From Vicugna vicugna (Eukaryota), in assembly GCA_013265495.1 (NCBI GenBank), contig MU058423.1:509061-573060 (forward strand): a DNA stretch of 64,000 nucleotides. Direction: 5' to 3'. Under the pieces are notes generated by a model that was not told the origin of the DNA, did not search any database, and saw only the letters and a program-made list of their open reading frames with translations. The translations under genes and the position numbers were made by a program. This document shows, one piece after another, positions 47,120 to 59,920 of this stretch; position 1 is the first letter of the stretch; the number at the start of each line of letters is the position of its first letter.

Positions 47120-47395
47120 ATAGTTCTTTGTTATAGGCAAATTCTGGCTGACTTCAATGGAAAAGGAATTTTGGGGTGGAAAATCAAAGTAAACACAGTA
47201 TTTATAGGAAGGCTGGAGGACCAGGCTCAGGGAAAGGACTAGAAGCCAGAAAGACCAACAGGAAGCACAGAAGGATTCACCTCCACGGGACCTGTCTAGT
47301 TATGAATCACCACTGTTTACACAGGCCACTGGTACCAAATGACATGCAAAGACAATGCATTGAATGCTGCAGCCCCTAGAGTTCCAACAACTCAA
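47120..47395 (-). mobile_element. Old MaLR LTR fragment
   Basis: TTCTGGCTGACTTCAATGGAAAAGGAATTT..AGGCTGGAGGACCAGGCTCAGGG resembles reverse-complement MLT1M/N-type LTRs. Confidence 0.45.
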
Positions 47396-47399
47396 TTTC

Positions 47400-48478
47400 T
47401 TTTCCATTTTATGCCAGGAAATTTGAGCATATCAATTTTATTTATTGTAGCCCATTGTTGAGTCCAGATTTCAGTCAGTCCAGCAAATTGTTAGAGATAT
47501 TCCTAACTATTAAAGCTAATGTATTAAATACAGAATCTCAGCTTAGTGTACCTGTATTGATAAATTCTGCCTTTTCCAAAGCTATGTACCATCCTCCTTG
47601 GAATTCACTCTTATACATATTTCCTGGGTTTCTAACAATATGAATGAGCAGAAACATGCAAGTCTTTTGCCGTGTATAAGCTATAGCCTCTTAAGAGCAT
47701 GAGGCTTTTACTGAGGTATGATTATAGTTATGAATCTGGACACAGTAGATATGTATGCAATGAGTTTTAAGAAGAATAAGAATCCCTTGAAAGGCAGTTT
47801 CCTCAGGTGAGGTTATTACAAGGATTGGCTGGTCTCCCTGGGCAAGAGAGGACTGCTCTGTTAGCAAGGGTAGCTCAGGGGGTGTAAATGGTTTAGTTTC
47901 TTAGATTCTCCCAAGTCCACCAAAATGTTTCCATCTAACGTCTCAGGTCCTACTCTTTCATAACCAAGGCCTAATTTTCACATATTTGAGAATTAAACTT
48001 ATATTGTAATTCTGCAACATACACAGTGACATTTGGAATTTTATTTTCAGCCGTATCTGCTCTGTGGCTGTAAGAATTGAGATAATTTTAGTAATGCCAT
48101 AGACATTCTCTAGCTCTCTTTTGGCCTTATGGTGAAAGTTTAAATTTTTAAATTTATCATTTTTACATTTTCTCTGTGTGAACTCTTCAGTGTGGTCAGA
48201 AATAACTAGCCTACCTCAGGCTCTGTATGTTGTCATCACTGTCATAACGGTCAAGTGCAGCCTCCTGGCCTTTCAAAGCTTGCCCATTAATAAGCACTGC
48301 AATCCAAGCAACCATGAGTGATGATCTGAGAGACTGTAATGGAACTACGAGTCGTGGATCTACAGTATGCCATTTTCCACTTGTAAGAGATTATTACTGC
48401 ACTTAAAACAGGCCAGCAACTCAATTCCAGAACCCTGTTACTGAAATTCTCTTTCTAGGAGCAATCCTGGTACTGTAC
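47400..48478 (-). mobile_element. ERVL internal fossil: PBS region, leader and gag N-terminal half
   Basis: Minus strand 47986-48075 reads SYSHRADTAENKIPNVTVYVAELQYKFNSQ, like ERVL Gag SCSHRAEIAENQTQ..RVAELQRKLNSQ. ~47520-47580 reads LEKAEFINTGTLS*DSVFN. A PBS-like CAGTACCAGGATTGC (48461-48475, minus) lies just after the LTR end. Confidence 0.85.
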
Positions 48479-49057
48479 TGTATCAGTCAGTGTCTGGTCA
48501 GAAATAAAGAAACCGCTGTAGGTATTTTGAATAAAGGGAATTTAATATAGAGAATTGGCTATACATTTGCCCAAGATGCAAAAGGAGAAGTAGAGGTCCT
48601 GGAGGAGTAAAAAAGGAAGAAGGGCATGATACCTAAGGATTAGAAGGTGCTAATGTCCCTGGGTTGAAACCCATTACAGCACCTGCTGCAGTGCTATTGG
48701 AGAAGCTATCTCTGTTGGTTCTGCATCCATCAGAAGGTGCTGTCTTGACCAGGACTGGCACCAGAGAGAAGATGTACCTTGACCCAGGCTTCAGGAGTTC
48801 GATATCTTCCTACCTTTGGGATTCCTGCAACGACCAGCAACTGCCACACTGTTGGAGCCCAAAGCAAGAAACTTCTAGATTTGTCCTTTCTGATCTTCCA
48901 ACGGTAACTGTAGAGTCCCAGTAGCAGAATCTAAAAGAAAGCCAGACGGCAACGGAAGTTGGGAAATATGGTTTGCAGACTTCAAGCCCCAGCAGTACAG
49001 ATCCCAGTATAAAAGGGCAGATGTGGAATTGAGAAAGATAAGCAAACCAAGGGCACA
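48479..49057 (-). mobile_element. 5' LTR of the ERVL fossil (LTR33/LTR41/LTR67-like group)
   Basis: TGTATCAGTCAGTGTCTGGTCAGAAA..AAGGGAATTTAATATAGAGAATTGG..AAGGGCAGATGTGGAATTGAGA..GGGCACA, with TG..CA ends next to the PBS. Confidence 0.75.
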
Positions 49058-51394
49058 AATGGTCCCAAGGGAAACTGGCCTGTGATTTTCATTCTTACGC
49101 TGAATTTGTTAGTTTCTTTTACGTATTTTATTACTGAAAAATTTAAAACATATACAAAAATAGATTAAATTAATGAACTCCCATGCTTCTATTAGCTAAT
49201 CAGCAATGATCAACTCATAGACAATCTCATTTCACTTATATATACCACTAACCTTCCCTCCTTTATTTTGAGTATTAATAATACTTTAATAGCTTCAAAA
49301 TCCAGTAAGTATTTAGATATCTAACTTTTTCTCAGTGCCTTCCCCCTCAACAGTTTGTATGGGTCAGTACCCATATTAAATCCACACATTACTACTAATT
49401 GAAATGTCTTTAAGTTTCTTTTAAATTTATTATTTTCTCTTTCATTCTGCATCCTCTTCCCCCTACCAAAATTTACATGTCTAAGAAGCTAGGTTGTTTG
49501 TCGCACAGAGTTGATCATAGTCTGAGTTTTAATGATTGCATCCTCATGGTATAATTTAACATGTCCTTCTGTCCTTATATTTCCAGGAAATTGGTAAATA
49601 GATATAGAGATTTGAACAGATTTAGACTTTCTATCTTTGGGAAGACTATCATGGGTTTTAAGATTTATTATCAGATTTTAAAATTTATCTTTTTAATTTT
49701 ACTTATAACTGAATTGCATTGTGTCCAGAGAGTACTGTGTGTATGTGTAAATTCTCTGAAGATTTTGAGGCTTGCTTTATTGTCATAAACATGGTAAATT
49801 TTCATCAGTGTTTCATGAATATCGTAACAATGCATGTAATCTAAAAGTTGAGTGCAATATTCTATAGTTATTTGTTAGATGAAGCTTGTAAATTATGTTG
49901 CTTCCTGATGTTTTTGGCTGTTCTATCAATTATTGAGAAGAGCACGTTAAAATCTCTCATTATAATAGTGATTTAGTAAACTCCTCCTTAGAGCTCTTAT
50001 GATATTTGCTTTATATATTTTGAGCTATAATTTCAGTGCCTACAAGATTAGATTTGTAATGGTATCCTGGTGAATAAGACTTTTTTTTTTATTACATAGT
50101 AACTCTATTTATCTCATTCTTCTGTGTCTTTATGTTATGTTCCAGTTATGTTTCTATTCAAAAGAATATAACTGGATTCTTAAAAAATTAGGTATGATGG
50201 TTTTTGTTTATTCTATTTACATCTGGTATGATGAATAATATATTTAAATATATTTCTACCTTCTATTTTGTGCTTTCTCTTTGTTTAGATTTAAAAAGAT
50301 TTCTTTGTCAGACTATGGAAATTCCTTTCTATTTTTAGTTTGTTGTGAGTTTATATGTTGAATTGGAGTTGAATTTTTTTCAGAGATTTTTCTTAAATCT
50401 ACTGAGATGAGCCTATTAGTTTCTTTGTTAATCTGTTAATGTGGTAAATTGATGGATTGGTTTTCTTATGTTAAGCTAGCCTTCATTCCTGAAACAAATC
50501 AAATTTGGTCATGACTTTTCACTTCTATCATTTATTTGTGCCTTCTTTTCCTCTTTTTTTTCTTGTTCAGAGGTTTACTATTTTTTCAAAAAAGAGTTTG
50601 GCTTAGTTTATTCTATGTTATGTTTGTATTCTATTTTATTAATTTTGTCTCATACCTTTACTGTTTCATTTCTTTTCTATCCTTTGGGGTAATGTTAAAA
50701 AAGGATTAAAAAAAACTTGTGGTGGATGTTTATTAATTTTCAGCCTCTCTTATTTCCTAAACTCCTTTGTAGGTATAGCTTATCTATAGCTCATAAATTT
50801 TGACATCCATTATTTTCACTATTATGAAAATTAGAATATTTTCGAATTTCTATTATAATTTTCTCCTTTGATGTACAGACTATTTAGAAGTGTATTGCTT
50901 TATTTCTAAACATGGTGATTTACCATGCTCGCTACTGATATCTACCTCAATTGCATTGTGATCACAAGACACACTCTATATTATTCTAATCCTTTGAAAT
51001 TTTTGAAACTTAATTTACAGCCATTATATATTCTTTGTGCTTTTGCCACTCTTCTATGTGTGCTTGAAAAGATTCTGTATTATACAGTTGTTGAATATAG
51101 TGTTCCATATATGTCAGCTAAGTCAAGTTTGTCAATCTTACTATTAAAATATTTTATAGCTTTACTGAATTTATTTGTTTAATTATGGAGAGAGGAACAC
51201 TAAAATATACCATTATGATCTAAGTTGTGTCAATATTTGCATTCTATATTTTGAGACCATATTATTAGGTACACACAAATTCAGCATTATATATTTTTGG
51301 TAAATTGAACTTATCATTATTAAGTGTGCTTCTTAATCTTTTATATTGCTTTATATCTTAAAGTTGATTGATATTAATTTAGCTACAGTAATTT

Positions 51395-52760
51395 TTTTTT
51401 GTTTTTTTCAGCTTGAGATATAATTAACATATAAATTGTGCAGGTTTAAGGTGTACAGTGTGATAATTTGATACACATATATATTGTGGAATGATTACTA
51501 TAATAAAGTTAGTTAACACATCTATCACCTCACATTAAAATTAGTGTGTGTGGTGAAAACATTTAAAATCTACTCTGTTAGCAACTTTCAAGTACATAAT
51601 ACAGTATTGTTAACTATAGTCAATTTGTTGAATATTAGATGTGCCAATTAAAAAAAACAGATTTCTTGAAGTATAATTTACAATAAATTACACATATTTT
51701 AAATGTATAATTTGGAAAGTTGTAATATTATATAAATAACCCATGAAATCATCACCACCTTTAAGGTAATTGATTTTTAAGGGATCCTTGATTCTTTTCC
51801 TCTTTTTTCTTTTATTTTTGGGTAATTTCTATTGCTATATCTTCAAGTTCATTGATCTTTTCTTCTTCAATGTCTAATCTGCTCTTAATCCCATCCTAGT
51901 TCTAACATCTGTGTCAGTTTGGATCAGTTTTGATTGATTAACTTTTCTCCTTACTATGGATTATATTTTCCTGCTTCTTTGCATGTCTGATAATTTTTAT
52001 TGGATGTCATACACTATGTACTTTACCTTGTTTGATGTTGGTTATTTTAGTATTTCTATAAATATTTTTGAGCTTCTCTCTAGGATGCTTTTAAATTACT
52101 TAGAAACTAGTCTTTTCAGAGCTTGATTTTATGATTTGTTAGGTGAGAACAGGGTGGTGCTCAGTCTAGGACTAATTATTTCCCACTGTTGAGGAAAGAC
52201 TCTTCTGTGTACTAAACTCAGTACCCCATGGATCGTGAGGTTTTCCAGTATGGCTGGGGAGAACAGGCAGTATTCTCAGCTGTAAGTGATTGCTGGGTAC
52301 TGTTTCCTCTGATCCCTCCAGCTGCTTCTTTCCCCAGCTTTGGGTAGTTTCCTCACTGTGTACAGTGATCAGTACTCTTTTGAATGCTGGAGGGAGACCT
52401 TCTGCAGACCTTTGGCGTTCTCTCTCTGTGTAGCTCTCTCTTCTCTGGTGTTTGTCCTGCTAACTCTCTCTGCACTGACCTGCCTGCACTCCAGCTTTAT
52501 CTCCTCTCCTCAGGGAACTCTCTGGGCCTGCCTGGGTGCCCTTTCCCTGCGCTGTGGTTGGGAATCTCTCAAGTCAGTATGCTTGGGCAATTGCAGCCTT
52601 ATCTCCTTGATTTTCATCTGTCAGGGATCACTGTTTCTTGTTACAGGATGTACAGTGTCTTGACAACATTTCCTTCCATATAGTTTGTCTGTTTTGGTTG
52701 TGTTAGATAGGAGGGTAAATTAGTCTCTGTTACTCCATCTTTGTTGGGAGTGGAAATCTA
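51395..52760 (-). mobile_element. Nested L1 material in the block: L1MA9-like 3' end (~51395-51645), then an L1MC/MD-like 3' end joined to an ORF1/5'UTR segment
   Basis: GTTTAAGGTGTACAGTGTGATAATTTGATAC..AACATTTAAAATCTACTCTGTTAGCAACTTTCAAGTAC, then a 5'UTR-like end GTTACTCCATCTTTGTTGGGAGTGGAA. The host L1 ..ATATTAATTTAGCTAC resumes as CTACCAGCTTTATTTTGGTTGG. Confidence 0.7.
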
Positions 52761-53509
52761 CCAGCTTTATTTTGGTTGGTATTTCCATCGTTCTCAATCT
52801 CTCTGTATTTTTATGTTAGTTAGATTTTATTTCTTCTAGAGTACGGTCTTTATTTTTCTCTTTTAACTGGACAATATAGTTTATTTACACTTAATGCTAT
52901 TACTGATGTATTTTAGTTCAAATTTACCACTTATTTTCTGCTGCCTATTTTCCTGTGCTGTTATTTTTCTTTCTCTCTCTTTTTTTACTTTCTTTTGGAT
53001 TGGGTTTTTAACATCTTTGCCTTTTATACCTCCACTAATTTGGATGTTGTACATTCCATTTCTATTATTTGAGTGATTATCCTTAAAATTATAACGTGTA
53101 TTTAATTTGTCAAAGAATAATCTTAATAAGTAACTTTATCCCTTCTTATTTTTCATTTTTGACAAACATACTTATTTTATATTCTGTCCAATGCCTGAAG
53201 TCTTTGTGGATCTAATTTATGAATTTAAATTGTGAGATCATGCTCACTGGAGCTTAATTGTGAAAATTCTCTGAGCCTAGGCTTAAAATGTATTACTCTA
53301 GAGAGAATTTGCATTTGCTGTACTCTGTCTGGGATTATGATCAACTTGAGGCCTCTTTAACTTATTATTGGGCTTTTAAAAACTTTACAAAAAGTGTGAA
53401 TTCCATACATATTCTTCCTGAGTTGGTGTGTCAGGGGAGACCTTTATAGTTCTTCCTTTCTTTAGTTTCAAGACTCAGGCAGGCAAACTTCCTTTTGTCT
53501 CCCTTAACG

Positions 53510-53510
<1 letters not shown>

Positions 53511-53562
<52 letters not shown>
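53511..53562. repeat. (TAT)n microsatellite, about 17 units
   Basis: Uninterrupted TAT run; it explains the poly-Ile in ORF 53428..53661. Confidence 0.97.
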
Positions 53563-54249
53563 TCATTGAGAGGATCAGCTTCTAAGGTTCAGACTCATAC
53601 AAGGGTCTCAGATTCACCTTCCCACCCTCTCCAGGAAAAGTCCTTTAAAAGGAAGCTCTAGGTTGCCAGTGACGAAGAGTTAGTTGCAAGGCTGTTGGCT
53701 GCTCAGCACTCAGCTCTCTGGGCTGGTGTTTTGTCTGCTTTTTTTGGCTTATGAGGATTCTTCCTATTTTTTTTTTTTGACTGTCATGCCACCCCTCCTA
53801 TGCACTATACATTTAAAAAGATATTTTGAAATATTTCATACAGCCTTCTTGGTTTCTTTGTACTGGATGAATTTTTAAGATCTCTGGTCTGAAATAATGT
53901 CATAAATGGAAATCAGAGTCCTCATTTTATTTTCTAGTCAGTTGCTGACACCCTCCAGAAAACGTTTCTAGTAACAGCTGTTTGGGAGCTGCTGTGTCAC
54001 GGTGAGCTAGGGTTCAGTTCAGCTGAAGGAAGACCTTTTTGTTAGCGTGTCCAGGTGGAGTGTGCTGAGGAGGTGGTGAGTTCCTTGGAGGTTTTAAAGT
54101 GCAGGCATGATCTTTTAATTGGTAATTTTTGAGAGCAGTTTATGTATCATGGACAGAAGAATGGGGAAATAAACAACACAGACATCCGTTAAAACTCACA
54201 GTTTGTTGATATCGGTGGTACTACTGATAGTGAGTATAGTGACAAAAAT

Positions 54250-54490
54250 GCACCAATATCCGCAAGTACCTATCGTATATGTGGCACACATTGCACTGGA
54301 AACTTACGCAAATTTTCCATTTTTTTCCTTACAACAATCTTACTGTGGTAGGTAATTTTATTGCTAATGTTCAGATGGGAAAAATGAGGTTACAAGAAAA
54401 TTAGTTTCCTAAGGTCACATGTTGAGCCACTGAGTCAGAATTAAAATTTGAGTCAACTGACTTCAAAGCCAAGGTGCTTCCTTCTACACC
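54250..54490 (-). mobile_element. MIR
   Basis: TTCAGATGGGAAAAATGAGGTTACAAG..TTTCCTAAGGTCACA..CTGACTTCAAAGCC. Confidence 0.75.
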
Positions 54491-55003
54491 ATACTGCCGA
54501 TAGTCCCTGCAATAGGACAGCAGAGAGGGGAAGGCTGTCATAGTCGTCTCCCAGGTAGTTGAGCAGCTTCTCTGCTGCTCTTGCTTAAAGCTCCCGCATG
54601 TTCCTCTGCTTAATTCCTCACCATTCAGAGTCTCAATTGCTGTTTGAAAGGAAGAATTATACACAACCCCAAATCAATTTTGGCTAAAAAAGGAGAGCTT
54701 CCAAGTACATGCCACTGGGGGATCACATAATGGCTTCACTTTGATTTTTATTGCAAATGCTTAGAGATAAACATGGTAGTAAATATGCTACCCTGTTTAG
54801 CAATTTAAATATTCTCTGCAAGCTCATTAGGTTCTGTCACCTGTACACATACGGCCGCTCCTTGCGTGGGAGTGATACTCCACCCCTAACAACCTGCTTT
54901 CCCCAAAGACAGATGTTGCTGGGCTGGGGACCTGGTGGGTGGGTGTTCCTCACACTGAGGGCAGGGAGTTGGGGAGGCAGCTCTTTGAAGAAATTACTGA
55001 TAG

Positions 55004-55396
55004 TGTTGCTGTCGTAAAGAGCCTGACTCTTATTTTTGATGTTCAAATGCTGACAGCGTTTTCAAAACCACTCCCCTTTCTCCTGGGCTAGTTTATAAGA
55101 AAGCCCAGGTGCCTCCTGCTTTGGCATCCGTAGGAAGCTCAAAGTGCTCAAGCCCGAGTCCTCAGTCCAGCCCCATTCAACAGTCACCACGAAACCCCAA
55201 TCCAGTTGTCCTTTTCCCGATTGCTCTCTTTCAGGTCATTTTTGGCTTCTTGGGAGCCTACCTTGCTCTTCCCAGAGAGTCTCATTACGTGAGCTATAAA
55301 ACTTTTCATTTATATGTCTGGCATCAGCAGTTTTGACTTCAGAGCCAAATTTTGGGTAGGGATGGCCCATTCTACCTCTGTGGGGTGATCACAACG
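55004..55396 (+). mobile_element. ERVL solo LTR, MER74-like
   Basis: TGTTGCTGTCGTAAAGAGCCTGACTCTTATTTTTGATGTTCAAATGCTGACAGC and TAAGAAAGCCCAGGTGCCTCC match the recalled MER74 start; ends GTGATCACAAC. Confidence 0.8.
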
Positions 55397-56234
55397 GTTG
55401 GTAAAGGGAAGACTGAGCAAGAGATGACAGGGACCTAGGTTTCTGGGGTCCTTGGCTGTCTGTACCAGGCACTGATGACTCTGCAGTGTTCCTGAACGCA
55501 GGTCATGCAGAAGGCAAGGTCAGGCAAATGCCCCAGTTTTATTACTGTGAGGTTTTGGTCCCAACCCACTGCGTGTTCCTCTGGCCACATGTTTGTGCCA
55601 GCATGGGCGACTCCTTTTGCTTGGGCTGGAGGCAGCTTAGAACCAAGAGTCAAGTCAGGTTGAGCTGCTGTGCCTCTCCCTCCTTGAGACTGTGCTCAAA
55701 TATCGCCTGTCCCCATCAGGACATTGAGAGCATGTTAGCCAGCAAGCAGTAGCTTGATGTGATGTTTATCTAATGCCTAGAACTTTCCTCTCTCCTACTC
55801 TTTCAGGATGAGGAAACATTCAGGCATAAGCATATTCTGAGATAGTTTTACCTATTTGGATTCTTGGAAATGAGAGAGGGTATCAAAAAGGGAGAGAAAT
55901 GGATGAATGTCCTCTAGCTGGAGCTCAGCACTGAGCTCTTTAACTGTTTAGTTTTCTGGGATGTTAGTCTTCTGGTGGAGGGGAGAAGTAGAGGGAGAGG
56001 GGAGGAGGAGGAGGAGGAGAAAAGCTAGACCAGACCCTAGCACTGGTATCAGAATGGAAGTCCCTGACTCTGTCCAGTCCCAAGCAGTCCTCCAGATGTT
56101 AAAAAGAGGAATGGTGGGCAAAGGGGCAGAGTGCATTAGCCAGTGCCCAGCAGATAATTGGGACTTTTCCAAATCCTACTCTGCCAGGGTGATGAGCTTG
56201 TGAAATTAGAGAAAGTAAATTTCAGGATACAGAG

Positions 56235-59200
56235 TTTTACTTCTCTTCTAGTCTAGATGCCTTTTATTTCTTTTCTTGTTTTTCCTAATTGCACCTGAAG
56301 GTACTATACCTTCAGAACAATGTTGAATAGGAGAGGGGAGAGCAGATATCCTTGCCTTGTTTCTGATCCTAGGAGAGAAAGCATCCAGTTTTTCACCATT
56401 TAATGTTACGTTAGCTGCAGGTTTCCCACAGATGCCCTTTATCAAGTCGAGAAAGTTCCCTTCTAAGTTTGCTGAGAGTTTTTATAATGAATGGGTATTT
56501 TGAATTTTGACTGAAATATTTTCTTTAACTATTGAGATAATTATATGACTTTTCCCTTTTAGAGTGTTAATGTGATGATTATAAGGATTGATTTTTGAAT
56601 GCTAAATTGATCTTACATTTTGGAGATAAACTCTGGTCATGATGTTGTATTATCCTTTTTTATACATTGCTGGATTCAATTTGCTTAAATTTTGTTAAAA
56701 ATTTTTGTGTCTGTGTTAATGTTGGAAATTAGTTTGTAGTCTAGCTTTCCTAAAATAATCGTTTGGTTTTGGCATCAGGGTAATCCAGGAGTCAGAATGA
56801 GTTGGGAGTGCCCCCTCAACTTCTATTTTGTGGAGGAGTTTATGTGAATTAAATCTTAAGTTTTTGGAAGAATTCACCAGTTAAGCTGTTTAGGCCCAGA
56901 ATTTTCTTTATGGAAGGTTTTCACCAACGAATTTCTTTCATAGATACATACTGTTCAAGCTACTCCTTCTTGAGTGTTTTGATGGTTTGTGTCTTTAAAA
57001 GAATTTGTTCATTTATCTAAGTTCTATTTATTGGCGTAAAGTTTTCATACTCGCTTATTATCTTTTTAATGCCTGTAAAATCTACGGTTAGGCCCCTGTT
57101 CTCACTCCTGACATTGGTAATCTGTTCTTTCTTTCTCCCCTCTCCCCACATCAGTCTGCCTAGAAGGTTATCACTTTTATTTTAAAAGAATATTTGGTTT
57201 ACTCCATTATTTTTATGTTTTCCATTCATTGATTTCTGTTCTTTTCTTTATTATTTACTTCCTTCTGCTTATTTTGGGTTTGCCCTTTTCTCATTTCTTA
57301 AGGAGGAAGCTTAGGTCATTGGTTTTTAAAACTTTCTTATTTTCTAATACGAGGTTTTCAATGCTGTAAATTATCCTGTAAGCTCTGCTTTAGCTTCTAA
57401 AAAAAAAGGAATTTTCATATGTTGTGTTTTCATTTTTTTTTAGTCAAAATGTTTTCTAATTTCCCTTTTGATTTATTCTTTGGCTTATGGAGATTATTTA
57501 GAATACAGTTATTAAGTTTCCAAATATTCAGTCATTTTCCATATATCTTTCTGTTATTAATGTCTACTTTAACTCCATTGTGGTCAGAGAAAATACTCTG
57601 GATAATTTTAATCCTTTTAAGTTTATTGAGACTTGTTTCATGGCCCAGAATATGGTCTACCTTGGTCAATGTTTAGTGTGTGCCCTGGAAAAGAATGCGT
57701 CTTCTGCTGTTGTTGGGCAGAATATTCTGTAAATGTCAGTTAGATCAAGTTGGTTGATAGCATTGTTTGTGTCCCCTATATCCCTATTCCTTTTCTGCTT
57801 ATTGCTTGTATGAATCATTTAGAGGGCAGTTGAAATCTCTGACTAGATTGTGGATTTGTCTGTTTCTTCCTGAACTTCTGTTTCTGCTTCATGCATTTTA
57901 GAGCTTCATGCATAATGGCTCATTATGTCCTCTTGATTAATTGACTTCTTTATCTCTGATAATTTTCTTTATTCTGAAATCTGCTTTGTCTTTAATGGAG
58001 CTACTTCTGCTATTTTTGATTAGTATTAGCATGGTATATTTTCTTCATTCCTTTACTTTTAATATATACTTAAAGGGTTTCTTGTAGACAATATAAAGCT
58101 GGGTCTCCTCCTCCTTCTCTTCCTCCTCCTCCATTTCCCCCTCATCCTTCCTCTTCTTTCACTCTGGCATCTCTGTCTGTTAGTATGTTTAGGCCATTCA
58201 CATTTAAAGCGATTATTAATATAGTTGGATTACTATCTACAAAATGTGTAACTATTTTCTATTTGTTGCAGTGTTTCTTTTCATTTCCTTAAAAAAAAAC
58301 TTTCATTCTTTCTGCTTTCTCTGGTTTTAATTGAGCATTTCATATGACTGTTTTATCTCAGCACATCAGTTACACTTCTTTAAAATAATTTTTTTTAGTG
58401 GTTGTGCTAGAGTTTGCAACATATATTTACAATTACTCTAATTCCACTGTACTGCTTCATGGGTGGTTAGATACCTTATGACAAGGTTTTCCCATTTTCT
58501 TTCTTCTACTTCTTATATTATTGCTGTTATTCATAAGCTATAATCACACAACGTATTCTTGCTATCATTATTTTAAACTAACAGTCAGATAGAAATAAGA
58601 AACATAAAGTTTCTATTTTACCTACATTTACTCCTTCTCTAATATTCTTCTTTTCTTTAGGTAGATCTAACTTCCTGACCTGTATAATTTCCCTTCTTTC
58701 TGAGGAAGAAGTTCTTTTTAAATATTTAATTTTTTTTCAATTTTTAGTTTTATTAGGTAGAATTGTTACAATTTGGCTGCACATGTACAATATAAATACA
58801 TATACACAATATACTGCACATATTTTTAAAATTTACATGTATGTATTATTTATTGTTTCTAAGAGCTCTAGCTTTTTCAACTTACATAAGGAAGAACTTC
58901 TTTTAACAGTTCTTTCAAGGCAGATTTACTGGTGACAAATTCCCTCAGTTTTTGTTTGCAGGACAGAGTTTTAGGTTAGTTGCTTGTTTTTATTCTCTCT
59001 TAATACTTAAAATATTTTAATCTAATCTGAAAGCCCTATGTTTTATACTGGTGTGTTTACAGTACTTACGTTTATGTGATTATTGGTATGGCTGGGATTA
59101 AGTTTGCCACCAAGTGATTTGTTTTCTATTTGGTCCTTGTGTTCTTGCACCCCACTCCCATTATTTTTATCTTAACTTCTTTTTTTTATTAATTGCATAG

Positions 59201-59910
59201 TTTTTACTATTTCATTTCATCTTCTTTATTGACTTATTAGAATGTATATTTTGCTTATGCTTTTGTTTTTTAGTGATTGCGCTAGGGTTTAACTTAACAG
59301 AACCTACCTTTAACTAATATTAAACCATTACGTAGATTGTATAAGAACTGTACAATAACATGGTTTCATTTTTATTCTCCCCTCCTTGCCTTTATGTTTC
59401 TGTTGTTACACATTTTATTTTTACATATGTTATGAATTCCCAAAATGTGTGAAAACATTTAAACAGTCAGTTACATTTTAAAGAGTTTAAAACATTAACC
59501 CTATTTTATATTCATTCTCATATTTACCGTTTCTAGTGTCTCCATGCCATTGTGTAGGTCCTAATTTCCATCTGGCCTTGTATTTCTTCCATGTGCAGGT
59601 TTTTAACATTTCTTGTAGTACTGGTCTACTCATGAAACGTTATCTCAGTTTTTGTGTATCTTAAAAGCCTTTATTTTGTCTTCTTTTGTTGAAAGACATT
59701 TTCACTCTATAGAATTCTAGGCTGACAGGGTTTTCCCTTTCAGTTCTTTAAAGATACAATCTCACCATCTTCTGACATGCATGTTTTTCCATTGGGAAGT
59801 CTGTTGTCATTCTTGTTTTTGTTCCTCTGTGAAATATAGCTCCTCCAACCTCCCTTTGGTTTATTTTAAGATTTTATCTCTGTTACTAGTTTTCAGAAAT
59901 TTGATGATTA
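56235..59910 (-). mobile_element. Long old L1 remnant (ORF2 RT toward endonuclease, inter-ORF and ORF1 regions)
   Basis: ORF 56248..56445 IKGICGKPAANVTLNGEKLDAF..AIRKNK matches L1 ORF2 IKGIYEKPTANIILNGE.L.AF..AIRQEK. Further antisense landmarks include ACTCCATTGTGGTCAGAGA and GAGACTTGTTTCATGGCCCAGAATATGGTCTA. Confidence 0.92.
58719..58888 (-). pseudogene. Short processed retrocopy of an unidentified polyadenylated RNA 3' end
   Basis: 16-bp TSD AGGAAGAA(G/C)TTCTTTT at 58703-58718 and 58889-58904. Decayed T-tail at ~58719-58737 and AATAAA on the minus strand at 58749-58754. The body is unlike the L1 tails in this window. Confidence 0.7.
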
Positions 59911-59920
59911 TGAGGTTCTT

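Larger units (their letters stand above)
49100..53915 (-). mobile_element. Block of old minus-strand L1 fragments (L1MC/L1ME-like 3' end, ORF2 remnants, 5' region)
   Basis: T-rich antisense L1 signatures: CTATCAATTATTGAGAAGAGCACGTTAAAATCTC, TCTACTGAGATGA, CTATTTAGAAGTGTATTG, and the L1MC-like 3' end AATGAACTCCCATG..ATCAACTCATAGACAATCTC. Confidence 0.85.

Noticed and set aside
1..49057. Idea that the two minus-strand ERVL remnants (1-2450 and 47400-49057) are halves of one provirus split by ~45 kb
   Set aside because: Both contain the same Gag segment (QAEFIDM at ~2120 and KAEFINT at ~47560) with different sequence, so they are independent insertions.
53428..53661. ORF with a poly-isoleucine 'transmembrane' stretch
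   Set aside because: Translation of a (TAT)n microsatellite inside an L1 remnant.
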